From positions 1,376,001-1,440,000 of the forward strand of contig CAVWHX010000004.1 of the NCBI GenBank assembly GCA_963754925.1: DNA of 64,000 nucleotides, written 5' to 3'. A program made the position numbers and the translations under genes. Of the stretch, positions 30,189 to 38,630 are shown one piece after another. Within the stretch, counting starts at the first letter, position 1, and every line of letters begins with the position of its first letter. The notes under the pieces are model-generated. The model worked only from the letters and a program-made list of their open reading frames with translations. It made no database searches and was not told where the DNA came from. Source of the stretch: an uncultured delta proteobacterium. GTDB lineage: Bacteria > Myxococcota > B64-G9.

Positions 30189-31100
30189 TTAATAATTAAG
30201 AATAATCAGTTCTTGAATCGAACCTCTCCTGTCTCCCCGTGAGTTGACATTCCGACGAGCTTGCACCGGCACTAATCGTTTGAACTTGCGGTAATGCTTA
30301 CGCACCCAATCCGTATCAGAGTTGGACTGCATTACTTTAACCTCCATCTCGTTGAGCTTGCTGAAGACCCTTGCTAACTCCTCTTGATCCGAGAGACCGA
30401 AACCATTTGAAACGTAGCTTACGAATTTCGCGGTTTCGGAAAGGGGTACATACGGTGGATCAAAATAAATAAAATCATTTTTTCGGGCCGAATCGAGAAC
30501 TGCTGAAAAAGGTTGGCACCGCAGTTCGACATTTTTAAAAGCCAGCGATGCAGCGCGCAGGTTGTCAGCATCGCAGATAGTCGGGTTTGTGAATCTGCCA
30601 AACGGTACGTTGAATGCGCCCTGGCTGTTCACCCGGTAGAGTCCGTTGAAACAGGTCCGATTGAGATAGATCATTCGGGCGGCTCGCTCAGGCGGTGCGA
30701 GCGCATCTGGCGTTAGGGCCCGTATCTTGTAAAACTGGTCCTTATCGTAACGGAAGGTTCTCAGTTTCTTTATGACGGTCGCCGCATCATCGCGGATTGA
30801 TGAATACGTATCGATAAGTTCCTTGTTGATGTCCGAAAGTATCGATTGTTTTCCTTCAAGAAGACCTTGTCGATACATCGCGAAAAAAAGGGCCGCGCCG
30901 CCGGCAAACGGCTCGTGATACGAACCAAAATTCTTAGGCACTAACCGAATGAGTTCACTCGTTAGCTGACCCTTACCTCCCACCCATTTTAAAAGTGGCT
31001 TGAGTATGCCGTTGCTCGGGAGTGACGATTCCTTAGTTAGAACTTTATGTACGAGTGTTTTCTGCACCTCATTACCCTCAACGTTTGTAAGTTGCTTCAT
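30189..31100 (-). CDS. Dam-family (D12 class) N6-adenine DNA methyltransferase
   Basis: LKWVGGK, EPFAGGAA, YLNRTCFNGLYRVN, FNVPFG, FDPPY. Confidence 0.93.
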   Translation of the reverse strand: MKQLTNVEGNEVQKTLVHKVLTKESSLPSNGILKPLLKWVGGKGQLTSELIRLVPKNFGSYHEPFAGGAALFFAMYRQGLLEGKQSILSDINKELIDTYSSIRDDAATVIKKLRTFRYDKDQFYKIRALTPDALAPPERAARMIYLNRTCFNGLYRVNSQGAFNVPFGRFTNPTICDADNLRAASLAFKNVELRCQPFSAVLDSARKNDFIYFDPPYVPLSETAKFVSYVSNGFGLSDQEELARVFSKLNEMEVKVMQSNSDTDWVRKHYRKFKRLVPVQARRNVNSRGDRRGSIQELIILNY

Positions 31101-31197
31101 TCCATCGACAGAATCACTAAGAAAATCGTATTAACCGAAAAGGAAATATAGTAGATCTATTCGGTGAATAAAATAGTTTATTTAAGGAGAGGTTTTC

Positions 31198-31443
31198 ATG
31201 GTCGAGATTCAGATTGCATATCAGGGTAAGCTGCGAACGTTTGCTACGCATGGTCCTTCGGGATGCACCATGACGTCCGTGCCCTATCGGCGCATAGGCA
31301 GGCTCGCGCTTCGCTTCGTTATGCCCGCAAATCTTGCTCAACATAGCCGCCAGGTAGTTCAGAAAGCCGCCGAAGAATGCCCGGTGCGCAGAAGCCTTCA
31401 TCCCGACATTGAGGTTCAGTTGCAGTTCGACTATCCAGATTAG
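31198..31443 (+). pseudogene. OsmC-family gene with internal in-frame deletion
   Basis: OsmC-like start (YQGKLRTFATHGPSG) fused directly to OsmC-like end (RRIGRL...CPVRRSLHPDI); central PTDL/Cys segment absent; RBS AAGGAG. Confidence 0.7.
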
Positions 31444-31549
31444 GCCATATTTTGACCAGTTACAGCGCCGTATTTTTTTGGATTGACGGGCAGGGCAATG
31501 ATGACTACCCTCTTAGAGATTGTTGGAGAGGGAAGAGAGAAGGATTGAA

Positions 31550-33037
31550 ATGTGTGGAATCGTAGGAATAGTTGGATCGGAAACCTGTGCGGCGGACATC
31601 CTGCTGGCTCTTCAAGCCTTACAGCACCGTGGCCAGGATGGCGCTGGCATCTCAACCATTTATAATGGCGCTTTTCAGAACGTTCATCGCCTGGGGTTGG
31701 TTGGTCAGGGTTTTCAAACTGATGATCTTAAATTGTTACCCGGCCAAACGGGCATCGGACACGTGCGCTATCCGACCCTCGGCCAAGGTATACTCCGCGA
31801 TACCCAGCCGTTTTTCTATCGCCAGCCAGGGGTGCTGATGGCCCACAACGGCAATTTCATCAACGTGCACGAACTGCAATGTCTTCTGCAAGATGACTCA
31901 ATCAATCTCATCAGCCGCTGTGACATTGAACCGGTGCTGTGTATATTTTCCCTTGAATTGATGCGTCGGCGTCGCCGAGACCACACGGTCGCCGACGCGA
32001 TCGCCGCCCTGGAGACGACGTTCAGCCAAGTGGTGGGAGCCTATTCAATAGTGGCGGCGTTAGTTCTTGATGGTGTCGAAACCGTGCTGGCGATCCGGGG
32101 CCCCTTTGGTATACGGCCGGCCGTGTGGGGTCGGCGCGGCAGGTGTTTCGTGGTGGCATCGGAGTCAGTGGCGCTCGATGCACTCGAGGTCAAACTAGAA
32201 CGAGATGTGGCGCCCGGCGAAGTGCTGGTCCTCCGGGCCGACCGCGAGCCCGAAAGCTATCGGTTGCCCACCGAGCAGTCCGCCCCCTGTATCTTCGAGT
32301 ATATTTATTTTGCCCGGCCGGACTCGACCATGAACCAGCAAAGCGTCTACGAGATTCGCCTGGCGCTGGGGCGCGAGCTGGCAGCAGCGTTCCGCGCTAA
32401 ACAGCTCACGGCGGATGTCGTCATTCCGATTCCGGACACCGCTCGCCCCGCAGCCGGGACCGTGGCGGAGGAGCTGCACTTGCCCTGCCGTGAGGGGTTC
32501 ATAAAGAACCGCTACACCGGCCGAACATTTATCATGGCGAATCCTGATGCGCGACGCAATGCGCTCAGGCTCAAACTCAACCCGATTCGATCAGAGTTCG
32601 CCGGCAAGAGCGTGTTGGTGGTGGACGATAGCATCGTGCGCGGCACGACCCTGCAGCGCACCATTCAGCTCATTCGTGAGCAAGGACCCAAAGCGATCCA
32701 TCTTGCCATCTATTCCCCGCCGGTGTTGAACCCGTGTTACTACGGCATCGATATGTCCACCCGCGAAGAACTGCTGGCAACGAGGTTTCTGCCGGCCGAC
32801 AACCAGGGTCCGCTTGAGGGCGAAGCACTTCACGAACTCGAGAACAAGCTCGCGGCCAGACTCGGTCTCGACTCACTGACCTATTTGCCGCTTAAGGGGT
32901 TGTGGAAGGCCCACCCGCAAACCCGCTGTGCGGCCTGTTTTGACGGCAACTACCCGCTTCGGTTGTCCGACGGGCAGCGGCAGTGGATCGAGGCGGATCG
33001 CCGGGGGCAGTGCCACCAACGCGAGTTGGTGTTCTAG
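31550..33037 (+). CDS. purF: Amidophosphoribosyltransferase
   Basis: MCGIVG, LQHRGQD, GHVRYPT, HNGN, CIFEYIYFARPDS, VDDSIVRGTT, PCYYGID. Confidence 0.95.
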   Translation: MCGIVGIVGSETCAADILLALQALQHRGQDGAGISTIYNGAFQNVHRLGLVGQGFQTDDLKLLPGQTGIGHVRYPTLGQGILRDTQPFFYRQPGVLMAHNGNFINVHELQCLLQDDSINLISRCDIEPVLCIFSLELMRRRRRDHTVADAIAALETTFSQVVGAYSIVAALVLDGVETVLAIRGPFGIRPAVWGRRGRCFVVASESVALDALEVKLERDVAPGEVLVLRADREPESYRLPTEQSAPCIFEYIYFARPDSTMNQQSVYEIRLALGRELAAAFRAKQLTADVVIPIPDTARPAAGTVAEELHLPCREGFIKNRYTGRTFIMANPDARRNALRLKLNPIRSEFAGKSVLVVDDSIVRGTTLQRTIQLIREQGPKAIHLAIYSPPVLNPCYYGIDMSTREELLATRFLPADNQGPLEGEALHELENKLAARLGLDSLTYLPLKGLWKAHPQTRCAACFDGNYPLRLSDGQRQWIEADRRGQCHQRELVF

Positions 33038-33140
33038 TCGGAGTGCTACACGGTAGATTCCCACACTCGTGGGGGTGACCAATGAAGAAAGGATCACGGC
33101 ATCGAAGAGGGCTAAAAATATTTTTCCGGGAGGAATTGTC

Positions 33141-33512
33141 ATGAATAAAGACGATATCGTGGACGGCATTCTGCGCGCGAGCGGCATCAACAAGGCGAAC
33201 GTCAATCGTTTCTACGAAGGCCTGGTTGAGCTGGCAAAGAAAAAGCTGGCTTCTGATGGCGAGTTTGTTTTTCCAGGTCTGGGCGTGTTGCGGGTACGAA
33301 CCCGTAAAGCCCGTGCTGGGCGCAATCCAAAAACTGGCGAGGCGATAAGTATTCCGCGCAAGCGGGTGGTGCGTTTTGGAGCCTACAAGGAACTAAAAAA
33401 TATTCTGAACCCCGACAACCCGGAGACCGATGAAGCTTCTTCTCGGCCGCAAGCAGACACCCTCACCACGTCGCCCGAGACCATGAAGGAGCCCAAGGGC
33501 TCCAGCAAGTAA
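33141..33512 (+). CDS. HU/IHF-family DNA-binding protein
   Basis: MNKDDIV..., RKARAGRNPKTGEAISIP; RBS GGAGG. Confidence 0.93.
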   Translation: MNKDDIVDGILRASGINKANVNRFYEGLVELAKKKLASDGEFVFPGLGVLRVRTRKARAGRNPKTGEAISIPRKRVVRFGAYKELKNILNPDNPETDEASSRPQADTLTTSPETMKEPKGSSK

Positions 33513-33570
33513 GTTTGATCGGCTGCGTCATGGCATGCATTCCAAGCTAAAGGATACTGAGTGATCGCCG

Positions 33571-34008
33571 ATGGCTGAGCAGAAGCTACCGCACTATAAA
33601 TCGAAGCAGCAGATCCTTTTCGCCAAGGACGCCAAGCCCGAGACGCTTTCTGATTACGGTCGTCGGTATCTCGCGGCGGGCTGGCTGTCCGATGCGCTGG
33701 AATTCTTTGCCCGCGCTGGCGACAAGCGGGGCTTGGATGAGATTCGCGCGCGGAGCATCCAGGAAGGCGATGTATTTATCTTTCGCCGGGTGCTCGATGC
33801 TCAGGCAGAGACCGCCCGGGATGCCGAATGGAAGCAGTTGGCAGAAAACGCCCGCCAGGTAGGTAAACTGCAATTCGCCCGCGAGGGGTTCCGCATGGCT
33901 CAAGATCGCAAATCTCTCGACGAGATCGAACAATTGATCAATCCGCTCGCCGAAACCGCGGCAGCGCCGACGAGCCCGCCAGAGGGAAGCGATCGGGAGA
34001 ACGTATAA
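33571..34008 (+). CDS. Hypothetical alpha-helical protein
   Basis: 145-aa ORF that fills the gap after HU with typical codon usage; no motif recognised. Confidence 0.7.
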   Translation: MAEQKLPHYKSKQQILFAKDAKPETLSDYGRRYLAAGWLSDALEFFARAGDKRGLDEIRARSIQEGDVFIFRRVLDAQAETARDAEWKQLAENARQVGKLQFAREGFRMAQDRKSLDEIEQLINPLAETAAAPTSPPEGSDRENV

Positions 34009-34051
34009 AAGCGCGCAGCCAAGGTCGAAGCTTGCCAGCATTCTTTATTGG

Positions 34052-34077
34052 GTCATTCCCGCCTGCGCGGGAATGAC
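34052..34077. repeat. GTCATTCCCGC-type REP-like palindrome (family C)
   Basis: GTCATTCCCGC-CTGC-GCGGGAATGAC; relatives at 37556, 43051, 46817, 46976. Confidence 0.85.
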
Positions 34078-34104
34078 GTGCAAGACATACTAGTGCGGGG
34101 GCTA

Positions 34105-34159
34105 TCCCCCTTCGGGGGTAAGAGACTGTAACGCTCACTTCGTTCGCTAACAGTCTCTA
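34105..34159 (+). repeat. ~55-nt palindromic mini-element (family A), single copy
   Basis: CCCCC-TTC-GGGGG-TAAGAGACTGT-AACGCTCACTTCGTTCGCT-AACAGTCTCTA. Confidence 0.88.
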
Positions 34160-34744
34160 AATATCCCGACGGCCCGCAAGCGCGCGACCTAAAGTTCCTT
34201 GATCAACATACTCGAGTTCGCCGCCGACCGGAATGCCCGAGGCGATGCGGCTTACCCGCAACCCAAACGGAGCAAGACGTTTTTTCAAGTACAGAGCCGT
34301 GGCCTCGCCTTCGACGCTGGAACTGGTGGCGAGAATGATCTCCCTGACCGTGCCCGGTAACCGCTTCAGCAAATCGTCAATACGCAGCTGTTCAGGTCCG
34401 GTGCCCTCGAGAGGGTTGAGCGCTCCGTGCAAGACATGGTAAAGGCCGCGATACTCGTGGGTGTTCTCGATTGCCAGCAGATCAGGGATGCGCTCGACGA
34501 CACAGATGACCGTTCCATCCCGGCGCGGATCGCGACAGATAGCGCAGGGGGATTCCTCACTGAGATTGCCGCACACCGCGCAGGGCTTGACGCGCTCGGT
34601 CAGCTCTTTGACCGCTTCGGAGAGCGCCAGTCCGTAATCGGATGGAAGAGCGAGAATGTGCAGGACCAACCGTGTTGCGGTCTTCTCTCCCACGCCGGGT
34701 AATTGGCGCAGGAGATCGATAAGACGGCGCATGGTAGCAACCAT
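34157..34744 (-). CDS. recR: Recombination mediator RecR
   Basis: LPGVGEKTATR, CAVC...CAIC zinc finger, YHVLHG, IASGIPVGGELEYVD. Confidence 0.97.
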   Translation of the reverse strand: MVATMRRLIDLLRQLPGVGEKTATRLVLHILALPSDYGLALSEAVKELTERVKPCAVCGNLSEESPCAICRDPRRDGTVICVVERIPDLLAIENTHEYRGLYHVLHGALNPLEGTGPEQLRIDDLLKRLPGTVREIILATSSSVEGEATALYLKKRLAPFGLRVSRIASGIPVGGELEYVDQGTLGRALAGRRDI

Positions 34745-34754
34745 GAGTTCTTCC

Positions 34755-35087
34755 TTATATTAAAAAATTTTCCAGGCCAGGGGGGATCGGCAAACTGCCC
34801 GTCAAGGTGCGTATGGCCTCAGTGCTCAGGTGGCGGGCGTCGTCGAGGGCCTGATTGACGGCGGCAACCAGCAGATCTTGCAGCATTTCAATATCCTTCG
34901 CATCAACCACGCTTGGCTCAAGCTCGACCGTAATGATCCGGCCCGACCCACTGGCTATCACTTTGACCATGCCGCCGCCCACGCTCGTCTCGAGCGTACG
35001 CCGGGACAAGTCGTCCTTGATCTTTTGTAAACGGTTCTGAAAATCCTGGGCCTGGCGGATGACTTCTTCGAATCCCGGAAGGCTCAT
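34755..35087 (-). CDS. ybaB: YbaB/EbfC nucleoid-associated protein
   Basis: GGGMVKV, DIEMLQDLLVAAVN; dnaX-ybaB-recR synteny. Confidence 0.95.
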   Translation of the reverse strand: MSLPGFEEVIRQAQDFQNRLQKIKDDLSRRTLETSVGGGMVKVIASGSGRIITVELEPSVVDAKDIEMLQDLLVAAVNQALDDARHLSTEAIRTLTGSLPIPPGLENFLI

Positions 35088-36898
35088 GAATCCCTCCTTC
35101 CCCCGGGCAGCACTTGATCTACCTCTGCGCCAAAGATGCGCACAACCTCCTGCACCAATGGATGGGTAAGCGCCTCCTGCTGAATCGCTGCAGCTCGCTT
35201 TGACTCGTTGAGTTCTCTCTCAGCTGCCAACGAAGGTTCTGCCTCATCCTGGGCTTCCTCCACCACCAGCGCAACGTCCGCATGGAAGAATTCGCCGCAA
35301 AACTTTTGCAGGGCGCTGAAATTGTGGGCATCCTTGAGCTGATCGGCGAAAAATGATTTTTGCTCAAGGGCGATGCGGACGCACTGGGCGGAGACTTCGC
35401 GGGCATGGGCATGTTGGAGAATCGATCCCAGGGCCGGCCGCCGCTGGGAGACAAACTGTACCAACGCTTTCCAGGCATCAGGTGGGTTATTCTCCTCAAA
35501 GGCGGCTGCGTCCACGGTCGCCTCGGGTGAATCTTGTGTTTGGGTAACCAGAGACGACGGATTGGCTACCGATGGCGCCGGGGCCGCTGTATCACGACGA
35601 GGGGTGGATGCACGAGCGGGTGGTGCCGCGGCAGGTGCGCGGTTAGTCTGGCCGCGACCGGTCTGCTGGCGACCAATCGTGTCGGTCTGAGCGTTTCGGG
35701 AGACCGCTTGACGAACCGCCGCCGGGCTCTCGACGGCGGTCGATCCGGTCCCAACGCGCGCGGAGAGATTTTCAATACGAGCGAGCAACTCGTCCACGCC
35801 GACCATGGGTTCGATCGCCAGGAGGCGCAGTAACGCCGTCTCGAGCGCTAAACGCGGATAGGGGTGACGACCGAGATCCTCGCTGGCCCTCGAGAGTACG
35901 TCGAAGATTTGGTGCCAGCGCAGTAGGTCGGCCGCAGTGGCTTGCTGTACCAACTGGTCGTACTCTTCCGGCAACAGTTCAGGGAGCAGTGCTCGACCGT
36001 TTCTGAGGCTGCGTATCAGAATAATGTGGTGGACGTGCCACAACAAACCTTCCAGGAAATGCTTGATGTCATGGCCTTCATCGAAGAGCTGTTCGATAAG
36101 ATGCATCAGGTCGTCCGGTCGGCGATCCAGCACTGCTTGGATAACCTGGCCAAACAGTGCGCCGAGCGGCAATCCGAGGGCTTGACGCACCTCGGCGGTC
36201 GTTATGCGTTGGCCGCCGAAGGCAAGCACCTGATCGGTTAAACTCAGAGCGTCGCGGATACTGCCGCTGGCCTCGCGGGCGATTAAGAGCAATCCTTCAT
36301 CATCGATGCTGACGCCTTCCTGCTGAAGCACGCGCTGGAGATGTTGAAAAATGACCTGCGACGGGATGCGCTTGAAGTCGAATCGTTGGCAGCGTGAAAG
36401 CACCGTGATCGGGATTTTGTGCGGCTCGGTGGTGGCGAAGATGAACTTGACGTGGGCTGGTGGTTCCTCCAACGTCTTGAGTAGTGCGTTGAAGGCGCTG
36501 GTCGAAAGCATGTGGACTTCATCGATAATATAGATCTTATAGCGGCTCCGCGCCGGCAGGTACTGGCTGTTTTCCCGCAGGGTACGAACGTCATCAACGC
36601 CGGTATTGGAGGCGCCGTCGATTTCGAGCACATCCGGCGATGATCCGTGTACGATCTCGATGCAGATGCTGCAGTCGTTGTCCGGGGTAGGGGTCGGGCC
36701 TTTCAAACAGTTGAGCGCTTTGGCGAGGATACGCGCCACCGTGGTTTTTCCTACCCCACGGGGGCCGCAGAATAGATAGGCGTGATGCACGCGATTGAGG
36801 CTGATGGCGTTCTGCAACGTGCGCACGACGCCTTCCTGGCCAATTACCTCCTCGAAGGTGTTTGGCCGCCATTTTCGCGCTAATACCAAGTATGACAT
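35084..36898 (-). CDS. dnaX: DNA polymerase III subunit gamma/tau
   Basis: MSYLVLARKWRP, GPRGVGKTT, EIDGASN, IIDEVHML, SRCQRF. Confidence 0.97.
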   Translation of the reverse strand: MSYLVLARKWRPNTFEEVIGQEGVVRTLQNAISLNRVHHAYLFCGPRGVGKTTVARILAKALNCLKGPTPTPDNDCSICIEIVHGSSPDVLEIDGASNTGVDDVRTLRENSQYLPARSRYKIYIIDEVHMLSTSAFNALLKTLEEPPAHVKFIFATTEPHKIPITVLSRCQRFDFKRIPSQVIFQHLQRVLQQEGVSIDDEGLLLIAREASGSIRDALSLTDQVLAFGGQRITTAEVRQALGLPLGALFGQVIQAVLDRRPDDLMHLIEQLFDEGHDIKHFLEGLLWHVHHIILIRSLRNGRALLPELLPEEYDQLVQQATAADLLRWHQIFDVLSRASEDLGRHPYPRLALETALLRLLAIEPMVGVDELLARIENLSARVGTGSTAVESPAAVRQAVSRNAQTDTIGRQQTGRGQTNRAPAAAPPARASTPRRDTAAPAPSVANPSSLVTQTQDSPEATVDAAAFEENNPPDAWKALVQFVSQRRPALGSILQHAHAREVSAQCVRIALEQKSFFADQLKDAHNFSALQKFCGEFFHADVALVVEEAQDEAEPSLAAERELNESKRAAAIQQEALTHPLVQEVVRIFGAEVDQVLPGGRRDS

Positions 36899-36911
36899 TA
36901 AGACCTCGTGA

Positions 36912-37087
36912 ACAGAGCGCCATAACTTCGCATACCTTCGTTGCTTCCTCGCCCTGAAAGGACAAGAGATTATAAGCCTCGCTTTGCTCGGCAACAATCT
37001 CTATGCCTCGTCATTGCGGCGTACCGTGAGTACGCCTCATTCCTCGGCTTCGAAAACGCCTTGGTCTGCTTTGTTCTGCCGCTCTGT
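36912..37087. repeat. Family B repeat interrupted by a family A element (36952-37005)
   Basis: Colinear with the 5914-6032 copy except for a ~54-nt insert CCCTGAAAGGACAAGAGATTAT...ACAATCTCTATG. Confidence 0.88.
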
Positions 37088-37173
37088 TTGTCATTCCCGA
37101 GACCGTACGACCCGAAAACCATCTCAGTTTCCAAAATGAAAGCTGTTCCGATAACCACAAGTAAAGTAACAAA

Positions 37174-37277
37174 GGACGGCCAGGCAACCCTGCATCACAC
37201 GGACAATGATGCTACCGCTGCTCCCTTCCGGGCCTGACGGGGTTTGCAACCTGCCGTTGCGCAGGACCCGGCCGTCC
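37174..37277 (-). ncRNA. ffs: Signal recognition particle RNA (4.5S)
   Basis: GTCAGGCCCGGAAGGGAGCAGC domain IV motif in a long hairpin; upstream of dnaX. Confidence 0.96.
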
Positions 37278-37286
37278 AACCGACTA

Positions 37287-37371
37287 CGGAGAGAGAGGGA
37301 TTCGAACCCTCGGTGCAGTTAAGCACATACGATTTCCAATCGTACCCCTTCGGCCTCTCGGGCATCTCTCC
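37287..37371 (-). tRNA. tRNA-Ser(GGA)
   Basis: Anticodon arm TACGA-TTGGAAA-TCGTA, long variable arm, GGTTCGAATCC. Confidence 0.97.
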
Positions 37372-37396
37372 CGACACTGCAGTAGCAAACCACAAA

Positions 37397-37483
37397 CGGA
37401 GAGAGAGGGATTCGAACCCCCGGTACCACTAAGGGTACACCTGCTTTCGAGGCAGGCGCCTTCGACCTCTCGGCCATCTCTCC
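37397..37483 (-). tRNA. tRNA-Ser(CGA)
   Basis: Anticodon arm CCTGC-CTCGAAA-GCAGG, long variable arm. Confidence 0.97.
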
Positions 37484-37555
37484 AGGGAACGTGCCAATGG
37501 ACGTCAGTGGGTTCCGAATTATCAAAGAACGTCTTGAGCGCGCTAAATTCTTAGA

Positions 37556-37637
37556 GTCATTCCCGCGGAGGCGGGAATCCATTTTTTAAGAATTCTGGAC
37601 CCCAGCGAAGCCGCACGCCGCTTTCGCGGGGGTGACG
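37556..37637. repeat. Inverted pair of family C REP-like palindromes
   Basis: GTCATTCCCGCGGAGGCGGGAATCCA ... TGGACCCC[~14-nt insert]CCGCTTTCGCGGGGGTGACG. Confidence 0.8.
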
Positions 37638-37643
37638 CGTATT

Positions 37644-38111
37644 TTACGTTTTGCAATTCTCCCTGCGCTCTTTGAAAAAACTTTGTAAAAGTGCCGCTGC
37701 TTCGTCGCCAAGCACCCCGCCTTCAACCAGCATACGATGGTTGAAGCGGGAATCGTCCGCCAGCCGATAGAGCGACACCGCTGCGCCAGACTTTGGATCT
37801 GCGCAGCCGAACACCAGCCGCTCTACCCGGGCCGACACCATCGCGCCAATACACATCGGACAAGGCTCCAAGGTAACGTACACCGTACAGTTTTCAAGGC
37901 GCCAGCGGTTGAGGTTGTGCGCCGCTTTCCGCAGGGCGATCATCTCGGCGTGGGCTGTGGGGTCGCGTTGCCGCTCTTTGGCATTTCTTCCGGTCCCCAT
38001 CACCTGGCCCCGGTACACCACCACGGCGCCGACCGGCACTTCTTCTTCTTGTGCTGCCAGGCGAGCCTGCTCTAGGGCTTGAGCCATGAATTGCTGGTCG
38101 GTTGTGGTCAC
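37644..38111 (-). CDS. tadA: tRNA adenosine(34) deaminase TadA
   Basis: [22 protein letters not shown]; start set at GTG 38111 (or ATG 38087) to avoid overlapping the tRNA. Confidence 0.96.
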   Translation of the reverse strand: MTTTDQQFMAQALEQARLAAQEEEVPVGAVVVYRGQVMGTGRNAKERQRDPTAHAEMIALRKAAHNLNRWRLENCTVYVTLEPCPMCIGAMVSARVERLVFGCADPKSGAAVSLYRLADDSRFNHRMLVEGGVLGDEAAALLQSFFKERRENCKT

Positions 38112-38123
38112 CTGCGTATCCAA

Positions 38124-38197
38124 CGTGCCCAAGAGGGTTCGAACCTCTGGCCTTCGGATTCGTAGTCCGACGCTCTATCCAGCTGAGCTATGGGCAC
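38124..38197 (-). tRNA. tRNA-Arg(ACG)
   Basis: Anticodon arm TCGGA-CTACGAA-TCCGA, AGCTCAGCTGGATAGAGC D-arm. Confidence 0.97.
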
Positions 38198-38202
38198 CCA
38201 TT

Positions 38203-38289
38203 CGGAGAGAGGGGGATTCGAACCCCCGTAACGCTTTCACGTTAACTGGTTTAGCAAACCAGCGCCTTCAGCCTCTCGGCCATCTCTCC
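38203..38289 (-). tRNA. tRNA-Ser(GCT)
   Basis: Anticodon arm CTGGT-TTGCTAA-ACCAG, long variable arm. Confidence 0.97.
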
Positions 38290-38433
38290 CCAGTTTTTCC
38301 TTTCAGGACAATGTAACAACGCATAAATAAAGGGGTATCTATCTCAAGTTGTCAAGGAACTAACTCCAACCGGCTTCCTTGTAACTCGTCGGAGTGTTTT
38401 TCTCTAACACCCACGTAGGTACAAGTCAAGGCT

Positions 38434-38492
38434 TGAGAGTGTTGCCGAGCGAAGCGAGTTTACCGTCTCTTATCCTCCGGACAATCTCTTGT
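38434..38492 (-). repeat. Decayed family A element joined to an orphan left arm (remnant nested pair)
   Basis: Minus strand ACAAGAGATTGT|CCGGAGGATAAGAGACGGT-AAACTCGCTTCGCTCGGC-AACACTCTCA. Confidence 0.75.
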
Positions 38493-38501
38493 TATTTATA
38501 G

Positions 38502-38621
38502 ATGGCTCGTCACGGACGGCTGAGGGACCCGAGGATGTCTGAGCTGCCTTGCAAGCTTCGCAAGAGCCCCGGTTGAAAGGCGGCGAGTTCCGAGGGGCCC
38601 GAACGCCGCCGTGACAGACAT
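38502..38621 (+). ncRNA. Candidate rod-like structured RNA
   Basis: GTCACGG/CCGTGAC, CGGC/GCCG, GGG.CCC/GGG.CCC, tandem GA/GA, GCTGCCTT/AAGGCGGC, GCAA tetraloop. Confidence 0.5.
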
Positions 38622-38630
38622 AAGAAAGAT

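Noticed and set aside
35084..36898. dnaX programmed -1 frameshift site
   Set aside because: I did not find an A AAA AAG or long A-run slippery sequence on the coding strand
36899..36997. N-terminal extensions predicted for dnaX (also tadA, DUF559, nikMN, lipoprotein 1, hoxU)
   Set aside because: The extensions run through repeats, tRNA, operators or the upstream gene; family-typical starts lie downstream, most with an RBS
37287..38289. Prophage or island integrated at the tRNAs
   Set aside because: No integrase and no duplicated tRNA 3' end seen in the window
38502..38621. 6S RNA or tRNA-Sec
   Set aside because: Too short and without a central bubble for 6S; no cloverleaf or UCA anticodon
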